The notes under the pieces are model-generated. The model had not been told where the DNA came from and made no database searches. It worked only from the letters and a program-made list of their open reading frames with translations. Of a stretch of DNA of 64,000 nt, positions 12,076-24,000 are shown piece by piece; position 1 is the stretch's first letter, and the number at the start of each line of letters is the position of its first letter. Made by a program: the position numbers and the translations under genes. Source of the DNA: Ascidiella aspersa (Eukaryota). Where the stretch lies: positions 10,540,001 to 10,604,000 of the forward strand of contig OZ004610.1 in assembly GCA_963924565.1 (NCBI GenBank), read 5' to 3'.

Positions 12076-14197
12076 CAATAAAGGAAGACCCATCTTTAAA
12101 AAGTACGCCAAATAACGATTACACCCTATCTCAAGGGCCTTCCTGGAAATAAAAGGGAGCTTGTGTTACATAATTGTTATTCGATCTTGTCGCTGCAACT
12201 TGATGCAATTTAAAAAACTGTCCACTTATGCAACATTAGCAACGAACAGACGCCATTTTACTAGGATGGCTGACATTGGAAAAGTCCGACAATTAAAATG
12301 TATTAAAGTCGCGGAATTTAGTTAGGGCGAGATACATTGAAATGGAACCGACACACATAATATTTACAGCAATTAATACAAGCCATGTTTGGATAAAAAT
12401 GTAATCCAGTATATACACCAGATGAGCTTCATGTCTTTGGATTAACATTCCATGTTTTTGGAGCAACATTCCGTGTTGGATTTGTATTCAGGAGAGCCAA
12501 AATTTCCACATCAAATCTTGCTTGCCCGAAAGCGCCAGTCGCTGTCAGAGCAGCATAAGATCTGGCAGGGAAGTGCGGGAAGGCAGAAAACCATGACTGC
12601 ATCGGGAATAAGGTGCTGAAAGTTTGACGCACTTTCCGACTATTTTAGTTGGATGCCACGGAAAGGCGCATGCTTCCGTCCATTCATTCGCTGTCAGCCA
12701 ACTCGACGTCTACATTTACATGAAGGGATTCCAAGTATAGGCGGGCGACGTGCTTGTGCTCATGCGCGGTCAAGTCATGTAGCTACAGCATTCAGCTTTA
12801 ACCAACTGGTTTACAAAGCCACTCTAAAATGCGTATTCTTTCGTAAGTTTTATTTTGCACATCTTTCCTCACCTTGGATCTGATCCCTCAGCTAGATTCT
12901 AATACAATTCGCACAAACAAAAGTTTAAAACAATAATCATGTGATACTAATGATCAAACCAAGATGAAAACCAAAAAGAAAACACATTGGTGGTTCTGAT
13001 GTTTCAGGATAAATATATTTTACTCATATGAGCATCATCATTATCCTAATTTAAATGAGTCTTAATTCGAATGATGGGATATTAGTTTCAAAAACATGTC
13101 CACCTTTATCTGAAAGTAATATTAAAAATACCAGTTGCATCAATTTGGCGTCATAACCTGTGCTATTTTTGGGGAAAATTTTTCTTCTTATTTTTAATAT
13201 AGCTAAACAAACATGAGGCTCAATTAAAATTACCAGATGGGCTGTTTTTGATTATTTAATTATTGGACCTACTATGCCTGCTATCAACAGCTTGTATAAC
13301 ATCTCATTTATCAAAACCCGCACGCTCTTCATCAAAACCCTCATTGTTGCCATTTTTCAGTGTTAGCATGGAAACAAGTATGCTTAAATTGGGGATTCAA
13401 ATCGTAATTGTTAAAATATTACTATTACCGTTTCCCAAGGGGATATGTGAGACCGGGATACAAGTGCCACGTATAGAAGTTCGACTATGTCGCCCTCCTC
13501 GTATGACTCAATGTGGTGCAGGACGTGTACAGCGCATGTGAGCTGTTGGATTACGACGCTTTACGACATTAAGCGCGACTGAACGGTTTTAACTGCTGTT
13601 GCAGGCGGTGGGACAAACGGCGCTATATCGTTTCCGCAGCACAATTCTATTGAAACGCTGCACTATATACGATTCCAACTAAATCACACCAATGTCAGGA
13701 CATTTGGACAACCAGCCACACGACTATATAGCGGCGACGACATGCGTTGAATATATGCAGGCGTGTTGGCTTGTGAGCCCTTCTGCAGTCAGAGGAGGCT
13801 TATCACTCCACAGGCGTCGAATGCTTTAACTTTTGAACTAATATTGGTGGAAGCTCGGTTTTTGCAGTTCCAAATTACCCTTGAATATATTAAAAAAATG
13901 TTCTACAGCTTACTTTGGTTTATTGCTTATTACAGTGGTTTCAACCTTCTTTTTATTTACGGCACCCTTCGCAAAGTACAATTAGTTCGCAACACCACTG
14001 CTAGCATTTATGCTCAGTGGTTTACTGTAATGTCACAATAAACGAATTTGAAACGGCATATATGAACTGTACGTAAAGTAGAAAAGTACACTTAATTTGT
14101 TGCACATTAATCGTACAAAACAAACTATTAAGAAGACAATCAGTGGAGCATAAATTGGAATCCAAAAGAAGATGAAATATTTCCCGTCACCTTAGAG

Positions 14198-14718
14198 CAG
14201 GGATGACCAACCCCCCCCTTTCGTATTACCATTTTAAAAAAATCGATGGTCCGCAAAACCTATTAAATTAAAGGTGCGGCGTCAGTTATGTCATCTCGTA
14301 ACGTCATGAGACAACTTAACTTATAAATCCGCTCTTCAAGAGTGTACTCGTGCGCAAATATACAAGTAAATCTCAGCTTTATCGCACCAAGCGAAAAATT
14401 GAGTTTACATCCCGTATCATGCCATGGTACGGCACCTTTGGGCTGATATATTTCCTTAAAACGGTCCGCGAAAACACACATTTAGAAAACACACACTTTG
14501 CTTAACAATGATGGGTGCACAAGTGTTCGATGGATGTTGAAATGCGACATTGGACTCGATTATAGTCAATATTAGATTTGGCCTGCATCAAATACTACGC
14601 GTTCTACACGTTTTAATGATGGTCGGAACAATTGTTTTAAATAAAGGCTATACTGAAAGTAAGAATAAGTGGTAGGCCGCACGTAAACTTCAGACGGGTC
14701 GCCGGTTGGACACCCCTG
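14198..14718. mobile_element. hAT (Buster-type) MITE
   Basis: TIR cagggatgaccaacc / ggttggacacccctg. TSD ccttagag / ccttacag. Confidence 0.7.
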
Positions 14719-17028
14719 CCTTACAGCATTTAAATGACAAGTCGGTAGACAACCACTGGCCAAGTAAATGTTGCCACTACATAAAATAGAAAAAAGGTAA
14801 GTTTATGTTAAACACCACTTGTTTGGTGCACTTCAATATTTTCGTCCCTGGTAAATCTTAACTTGCACTGATAATCGAGGTCCAATTTCCTACTTCTAGA
14901 GAAATAATTCTGGCCAATTTTGGGCTTGTAAAATTGTAATAAATCGTCGAAAGGCAAATCTATGATAAAAACCCTTACTCTAGCGACGTTCCAATGTGCG
15001 CTTTGTTGTTTAAAATCCGAGCATGTAAATTCACAAAGATTAAAAGTGTAACCGCAGTAAAAGAGTGTGAGTTGCCCCTCCAGTCCTACTGATCCCCCAC
15101 GTATACTTAACATACCAGAAGGATATTTCCAGCTTTACCTTGCTCCCATAAACAGAGTTTATAACGCTCTTGAAAGGTTTGCACACGGGCGATGGAGTGC
15201 CTGAAGAGAATTGGCCACCGTTCGAGGCAGAAAAAATAAGCTGCAACAAAACTATAGCAGCAGTGGTAGCAGGAACCTGTCGGGGGTGGGGGACTGACAT
15301 ATATTGTCAGCTTGCAGGAAAACGCTCGTCTTGTTGACGTCAAACTGGCGAAGTAACGCGAGGTTGCCGTATCCGCAACCAATAGTGTCGATTTCCCAAT
15401 ATGGCATTCAAATCTCAATCTAACTGCTGACCCCCTATAACGCTTTACTTACGCGCTAGCTCGACTTTTACATGTGTATAACTATTTGCATGAACGCGAA
15501 AATAAGTTGCTGGATTTGCGCGCCATTGTTGGGCTAGTGTGGCACTCCCAATGATAGCACAGTCGTTTTGACCTACTAACGTTAAAGTCAAACAGGTGCT
15601 ATGTCCAGGTGGTCACCTAAAACGGTAACGACGTCACACTAAGTTGCCACCAAGTAACCCTCCCGCCAGGCGATGTGAAAAGCCCTAAATGTTTTCGAAT
15701 TGTTCTAAAGAGACAAACCCTAAAGTCCATATAAAAACGCCTTTTGTAGGAGGGATGTTAATCTCTCCTACTTAGGCAGTTTTAGGATTTTTTTTACTAA
15801 TTCTTACATGTTACACTTGAATCATCATTTCTAGGATCCCATGACTATGAGTAACGAAACCCCTAACAGATTCGGATTTCAACTAATCGGTTAGTTTCAC
15901 GATTGAAGCGTGCCTAAAAGCCTAGCGGCAGAAAAGAAAACCTGCACCACATTTGATTGCCGAGCCATACTGAACGCGATGACCTATAGCGTAATCCAAT
16001 GAGCATCAGCTATCAGCCAGCCCAACGTTCGGCCATTTACGCGGAAAAACGGGGCCGAACATCCTAGATAAATGTACGATATGTTCGTGATTGGGGACAG
16101 CGATCTGCAATCTGCGATTCGTACACGTTTTTCCTCCAGGCTCGGCTGGCGCGAGTTTTCAGAGTAGCAGGCGGGCGCGCGCATTCAGTGTCGTGGCATT
16201 GTCTTTGGGGCGGCAGGGGAAAATTTCGCGGAAAAAATTGACGGCCCGGCGTGTTTGAATGACAGAGGCATCTTTATACGATCACATCTTCCTGCGAAAT
16301 CCAGCCCGCGCCAAACATGCACCGCCCTGCCCCTGCTATATACGCTTTGCCAGCTCAACGTAGCAGCAACATCGCGCATCCAGCAAACGAAACACGCGCG
16401 CAACTGTGCGCCACAGGAATAATAGCAGTCAAACAGCCGGTTTGTGCGGCGGAAAACATCTGGTAGCATTTTATTTTTTAATATTATTAGATATACTTGG
16501 ATACGGCTTGCAAATGGAAAAAAACGATCGAACGAAACACGAAAGGCACAAGTCAATTTAAAGCAAGAGTGTTCTATTTAAAAGATCGACATACAATTAA
16601 ACATCGGCATCAAAGCAGGTCTATTTATCAATGAAAGCCGTCTAGTAAACGACGATACGATTGTTTTTTTGTTTATCTCTAAAACTGTAAGACAATGCAA
16701 GATTTAATAAAAACCAAACTCGTTTGTTTGCGCAACAATAAGGACATTCACTGTACACTTACTTTTCAGTAGGATCTAGCAGTGAAATTGATAAAGTAAA
16801 AATTGTTATACGTATAAAAGTGAAATAAACAGTGACTTAAAAGCAGTATGAAGAAGCTGGGTGCCCGATCGGTAAATAAATTAGCGAACCAATCGAATAC
16901 AAAGGTGCCCAAGTCGAAATTATAACACACTGTGGATCAACATTGTAAATGATGATGATGCCTGTATTACAGTGGCAGCCACGACATGAAATCAAAACAG
17001 AAAGAAGTCAATCGCGACCACTTAATGG

Positions 17029-17034
17029 TTTATT
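17029..17034 (-). promoter_or_regulatory. candidate polyadenylation signal (AATAAA) for SoxF
   Basis: tttatt on + about 1 kb past the SoxF stop. A second candidate lies at 16470..16475. Usage is unknown. Confidence 0.3.
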
Positions 17035-18049
17035 AGGACAACAAACTTTATATACAGTGATGAGAGAGTGAAAAAATAAAACGCACGGACATATCTCCAT
17101 ATTCAGAATCTTTGCTTAAACGAGTGAATGCGAACCAGCAACCGATACAGTAACAAAATCAACTTATAGAAAAAAGTACAAACCGGTAAAATAAATTGTT
17201 GCTTTTCTTTAAAGACGTTAAAAAAAGGTTTTACAAGGATGCGGAATAAACAGTTGTTAACAACGCTTCAAAACCCGAAGTTGAATTTTATGATTTATGA
17301 TAATTCAGTTCAAACTAATTACAATAGCGCTTGACGCAAAAAAGAGTCTTGCTTGGCAGTTTAAAAAGTTGCCAGATGACCTTAAAAGAAGTTTAACTCA
17401 AAGAAACCGCATGGATAATATAAAATAAGTTCAGAGCTACTATAGAAAATTCGATTTGGCCTCAAATGTAAAGATTCAAGCCACACAAGAGGGCATGGAT
17501 GCGTCTCTTTAGGGTTTGCAAGTTTTCGTAATGTAAAACGTTATATCAAGAGCAAAACAGGGTGCACGCGGTGAACTTTAGCCGATCGCACTTTAACGAA
17601 AATCTGTTTAAAAGCTCTGTTCCGAATATACGTCTGAAGGCAGCAAAGCAAATAGGCGCAAATGGAGCGGGATTGTAAGGGTCTCTGCTACGGCATGAAC
17701 AACACCTGTCTTCCCACTAAACGCACGAACAGATAAAAGAAAAATATATTGCACGAGGACATACACACAAGCGGTGGCGGTGGCGACTTTCGGGTCGACA
17801 CAAAATGGCAATCGACCGGCGAATTTCGCCGCACAACAGTAACGCGTGATAGGACGAGGTAACTACATCTGGGTTCTTCGCCGACGTCCGGTTACTTTGA
17901 ACAAAATACCAGTGAGCAAAAATCCCGCGTTTGGTTTACATAAAAAAAATCAACCTGAGGCCTGAAAAAGGAGTATTTGCTATCACGACCTATTGACATT
18001 ATGTGGCTGTTTTCGCACTGGTGGCTTCAAGGCAACATTCCTGGGATTA

Positions 18050-21000
18050 TCAAGGCGCGGCCGCGGCGCGACACGGAGCGGCACTGTAGCTCTGGACCAG
18101 GGAAGGACTTCCGGAGACGGTGGCGCGTCCCAGGATTGACTCCTGTGGCGAACACTGGATGTCATTGTAGAGCGCTGGGGAGAGCGCGTTCGGCGTTTGA
18201 TAGCTTTGCGAGGCACCACTGCCATCGGCCTCTGGCTGTTCGGCGCTCACCGGGTTCAGCGGCATCAGCGAATTGTCGCTGCCTGCACCGCTGCTGCTGC
18301 TTCGGCCACCCGCCAATGGACTTTCGCCGTAGTAGTACTCGCTATGTGAGGCGGGCGCGTGCTCTGGCATGCGGGTGCAGGTAATGCCAGCCGCCGCCTT
18401 TGGCTGCACGTACTCCTCGCCGTTGACCGGGTAGCCGACCTGCGACATCGCGCTCATGCAGCTGCCCGCCCGCTTGGACTCATCGGGCGAGAAATTGCCG
18501 CCGTCGCCGCCCTCGCGCTGATAAATGCTGGCGCCGTTTGACGACGCCGCATCGTAGAGGCCTGGGCGAAGCCTTCCAGCGCTACCAACAGTGTAGTCTT
18601 TTTCCAACTCGTACGCACCGGGGAAACTGGATTGATACGGCTTCTGTTCGGCCGGCGACAGTTCCTGCTTGACGAAAGGGCCCAGCGCGTTGTTCTCACT
18701 TGCAGCCGGATCCGGCGAGAGTCCACTTTCGGCCTTTGGCTTTTCCTCGCAGTAGAACTGCTCTTGTTGGTTCGGGTAAGTGGCAAAGCTGCTACGGTAG
18801 GCGTCAGGATTGTAGATGGCGTCGCCATGATGATGCTTGGCCACGTCGCTTCCTGCGACAACCGAAGGCGGCGTCGTGGTGGAGTAGGTGTTGGGCGTTT
18901 GATCGCCGGTCTCGCTGTAGGCATTTGTCGAGGCTGGGTAAGTGGAAGTGGCGTAGTTGCCCAGTAGGTAGGGCTGGAAAACCTGGCCTTTACCACTCGT
19001 CTTGCTTGAGTACTCGTTAGAGGTCAGCGCGACGCTGCTCGTCGGCATGTAGTGCGACTTGTCGTAGCGGATGTCGAAGTGGCCCCAGAAGCGGCTCGAG
19101 TCGTTGTAGCCGGGCGACGGGTTGGACATGGTCGCCATCTTGGCCATTGACCACTCGTACGGGTAAGAGTTCGTTGCATAGCCGCTCGGTGAAAGGGTGG
19201 TGACGGGCGCAGCGCGGTCGTACATTGCTCCGATGCCGGCGTTGCCGAATCCGAAGCCGTTGGCAATAGATCGCGCGCTCAGCGAGTCGTACGTGACGTC
19301 ATATTCCGTCGCTCTCGCGCTCTTGTCGTCTAGTAGCGACCTGTACATGTCGCCGGGCGCGTAGCCTCGCTTGTGAGCTGACCCCAGCGAGCCGACATCC
19401 ATTCCGCCGGAAAACAGGCCCTCGATGCCGGCGCAAACCGAGCTCGTGCTGCCGATCGCGCCGCCGGAGCGCGACGACTTGACGCCGGGCAAATAGCTAT
19501 CGCTCATTGGCCAGGTTAGCTTGTCGTCGAAGTATGAGGCGGCCGGGCGCGCCGTGGAACCCTTGCTGTTCAGGTCGACCCTGCTGTTGTTGTTGCTCTG
19601 GTTTCTTCCGCCGCCGATTTGCGAATCCCGGCCCGAGTACATGTGGGTTTGAGCCAGGCCTTGCTTGCCCGACGCAAGGTTATGACTTGGGTTGGGGAAC
19701 CTGCCGCAAAAAAGACACGCGCCGTTGAAATGCCGTGACGTGGAAACGAAAGTCGCGCTGATTTTACGTATCGAAACAAATAGATATATTTCCGTACCTA
19801 TAAATCATCGCGCCGTTGTTGATGAGTCACAGGCATGCATTATACACGTTGGTGCGAATACTTTAATAGGTTTAAGATGCTAAAACCGAAATAAACAACG
19901 TCAAACCCGCATCAATTTTGCCTGTTGACTAGTGGCCCGTCATATGCTTTAAATATCTACAGCTAGTCTTTCTTTATTTAGTATTTCCCTGTACAAAGTC
20001 TAAAAATGCGCTATTTTAATAGCCATTGCATATCGTTAAAAATATGACTTATTTTTAGGGAGCAGCTGATTTTATTGGCCTAACGGTATTTCACTGGTCA
20101 ATGGGAAAACAATCAATCCGCCAAACAATAAACATATGTTAACAAACTTACAACGAATAATTTGATTCGGCAATCTGTCGGTTGTTTTTCTCCTCGCTGT
20201 GATGGCCTTTACCTCTTCTTGGCTTCGGGTCCTGTTTTGGAGATATAAATCAGTTATTAGAGCCAGGGATGTGGAGTCGTACAAAGGGACTCGGGACTCA
20301 ACGGAGTCGATTTGTTTTGCTGAAGTCGGAGTAAGACTACGTAAAACTACCCAAGTCCCGAGTGCGATACGCGCACGCGTATTATCAAATCTGTAAATTG
20401 TAAAAGTGTAATAGCGAATGGTGTACTGTTTTCCAACCATGTATTTTGGGTGGATAAATTATATGACAACCCTATGAGTGGATTGCTGAATATCCATCTA
20501 ATTTTAGTTAAGGAAATAGATTAAATGCAGGCTGTAGAGTCGAAGCAAGACTCGGGACTCGACGCAATCGCGCGTTTTGCTGAAGCCGGCCTAGGATTTA
20601 TGTTTTGGCCGGAGTCGGACTCCGCCGCATTGATGTTAAAGCACCGCAACACGTTATTGGCGTATACCACGAACTTGTCATTTTTACACACGGTAATTTT
20701 GGATACTTGTTTTATTGCAGGCTTAAGGTTGTGTTTCCAATGTACCGAAAACGGACAAACTTAGGCGTTAAACCGGGTAGGCCTATTGCAATAATTACTA
20801 CAGCGGTCAACCAATATACTACGGTAACTTAATAATGCCAATAAACACAGAAGGTAAACTGTTTTTACGGAAGTCTTCGAAAGTCTTCGCATGTTATCAA
20901 CTGACCCTGTTGTACGGATATATTTTGGACAAAAAAGCGAATGCTAAAGCCACAAAAGTAATTTTTACAGGTAACACCCCTGGGTATATAGGCAACAGAA

Positions 21001-24000
21001 AAGACCTGACACCCAATTAGGTGCAAAGGAAAGTTTCCCTACAATGCAAGCAGATTTCTTCCTCAATGAAGCGGCTAACGAACGAGATCAATCTATGGAA
21101 TTTTCGTGCCCCACTCACGTCTCAAGCGCTTGAAAAAAGACCGCGTGAGCATTTATTATAGGTTCTGAGTTCTGCGACAACTCGGGCCCTTGCTTTGGCG
21201 AGACGCATTCCGAAGGCGTGGGTTCGCGTTTGGAGATTATAGCGCGTCGAATTTCACGTCGCGTAATTCAGGAAACTGAAATAAGCCAACTGCAGCAGCG
21301 GGCGATCAACCTCGAGCGAGCCCCCCCCCTCCCCTCTCCCGAAACCCTTTACTATTTTACAACCAGCAGTTGTTGTTTTTTAGAAACGGGGCCTGTGTTT
21401 TTTACTGCAATAAATCCTGTCAGGCGGTTTTAAGTTTATATAGCGGTCATGTTATCGACAGTGTAGATTTTCCACAAGTTAACCTTATAGTTAATGAAGC
21501 TATGGTTTTCCCTGGCAAATATCCAATAAATGTATATAACTCTAAAAATAACAATATACTACGATAAAAGGATAACATTGGTTAGTAAATTATTTTTTCT
21601 CATAATTTCTTCAGAAATATTTTTAAACATTTCCGTATAAGTGGTGTTTATACAAGCAAGTACCTTAGGTTTACGTCGTGGCCTGTACTTATAATTTGGA
21701 TGCTCCTTCATGTGTTTGGTTCTTAAACCTTCCGCTTCGGTGATGAAGGGCTGCTTGTCTTCTTTCGTCATCTCTTTCCACTTTTTACCTTAAAAATTGA
21801 AATAAAAGGATGATAAGGTATATATCGTAAAGAAAATCGTATAATTTTTGTATATTGATTTGAGTTAGGGTATACTACCCTTATACTTTCGTGAAAATTT
21901 AGTTTATTTGTAAGGTCCTAAAGCTGTTTGGATAACGGACGCGTGATTGTAATAGCAAGGCTTTCTACATACGCAGAATATATCAACAAAGCACGTTTAA
22001 ATATGTTTTCACGATCTATATTCAAATTAAAAAATGTGTGAACTGATTTTATTGTTTATTTGGAACGGGTTGGATGTATAAAAATGAAAACAATTCTAAA
22101 AACATCGCTTTCTGACGGTTGGCGAGGAATGCGTCAAATAGCGTCCAGCCAAAAATCGCCATTTGGGTTTAACAAATTCCTTCGCACGGTTAGAGATTTT
22201 TTAAATTGTATAAACAAGGGCGGTTTTAAATGGTCAGTTGGTCTCCTTACCCCGACACTCCCCGTAAGGTGGCCCCACGTCACAAGCACACACGTTCGCG
22301 CACAAGCACGCGCACACGCACACACGCGCGCGCGCTTGCAGATCGCCGCCTTTTCCTCGAAGTGTAGCCGGAGCCGCGATCGGGGCGCGCGCGACTCACA
22401 CGGCGCTTTTCAGGGAGCGCGACTCTGCGAACTGGGTCCTGCCGCGTTGAACCGAGCGCCCGGCCGCTTTTCGGGGAAGCAATCGAGCAATCTCGACGCT
22501 TCCTGGTCCGCGATTTATTTCCCGCTTCATCCTTCCAATAAACAGTTTGCCGCGAGAAGAAAAAAATTCAACGGCGGCGAGAAACGCGAGCGACCGATCT
22601 GCGGCGGCTGTCAATCAAAGGCCTGCGGTCGCGGTCTCGTAGCGATTTCGGTCTGCACACCTGCATGGCCCGAATGCGGTCGCGTTTGCATTCTGGCATT
22701 CGGGGGATACGCCAGCAAGAGGAATACTGGCCTTAGCCAAATTAAGAAGCGAGACACACGGTTATGATGTGAGTGAGACACACGGTTATCTGGAAACCCA
22801 GAAAATCAAAGTGACAGGTTTGCAAACATGCCATTATGGGTTCGTTCAATAACAACCACTCGACATTTTAATACCTATGTCAGGTGCGTGAAGTGAATTT
22901 GAATATTTTATTTTTAATGCGTGATTTAAACTTATGCATAGAAATCTAATTTGATTTCTCGCAAGGCAACTTCGTAGACCTTTCGCTTATAATAGAAGCG
23001 GAACGAATATAGTTTACAGCACCGCAAATAAAATCGCGTGGCAAAAGGCAGTTTGCGTCATCAGTGCTGGCAAATGGCGGATGTACATTTTTCGGCGTGT
23101 CATACTTGCGAAAAACGGGTGGCCGTGACGATTTGGCAGTGAAACATAAATGCAACGTTAAACGGAATATCTCGTTTTATATGTGCGTACTTCGCGCGGT
23201 GATTCATGGCGACGCAAAACAGAGAACAATGTCCCCTTTAAGCCGACACATCCACGAGCCCATTTGAATCGAGACTGTTCACTGACTGTAAAATCCCCGA
23301 CTGTAGAACGCGGCAACACTGACATGTCCCACGCCGCCGCCGATTACTAGCGGACATCAACCTCCTATTCATGTATAGTTGGCATATTTAACACGCCAAT
23401 CGACAGGCAATGATAGGGCGCTTGACAAGGGCCGAACAACGGCGGTTATCACCGGCAGCCAGCAACAGCAGCAAGCAGCAGAAGCAATAGCAGCATCGGC
23501 TGCCACTCTGCGTGCTTTGCGACTCTGGGCCTGCTGCTGTGTGCTCGGCGGCAACAGACAATCCCAGATTGGAAATTCGATCTTTGCGCAGCGCATTGCT
23601 TGTATGATGTCTTCCTTTCGACGCATTGTTGAGGTCGCGCTTGTTTCCTGCCGCCAGGCCTATCTGTTGCGCCGCCGTTTAGATTTGCTGCTGATGCAAC
23701 AGGCGAGGTGGCAGCAGACCTAGAGAGAACTCTGGGCTGCCTGGAGAGCTATTCCCAGCACTCGACCTGGGCGCCACCGTAGAACTGCAATTTCGCTGCA
23801 CGCCAGAATAACTTCATTTCGAGCGTTGCGATTATTTGGCTATGCAGCATACGCTGTGGCGTACGCAAACAATATATATATGTACTTGTTTTGCTGACTT
23901 TAAATGTCAAATGTTTTAGTTTTCTAACCCGATAACATTATGACATTATCAAAATCGCTGCAGGATTCATGTTGGATTATATATAATATAGCCGTAACAC

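Noticed and set aside
12420-12890. Coding-like GC block with short ORFs
   Set aside because: No frame gave a recognisable domain or consistent splice pair. It may be an old TE remnant.
17540-17600. miR-124 gene on the + strand
   Set aside because: Only nt 5-16 match, the seed is broken and no 5p arm is present. It is treated as a possible target site instead.
17977-19883. Many overlapping ORFs on both strands over the SoxF last exon (also at 28971..29623 and 60816..62203)
   Set aside because: These are shadow frames of GC-rich real coding exons, giving Arg/Ala/Pro-rich peptides with no motifs.
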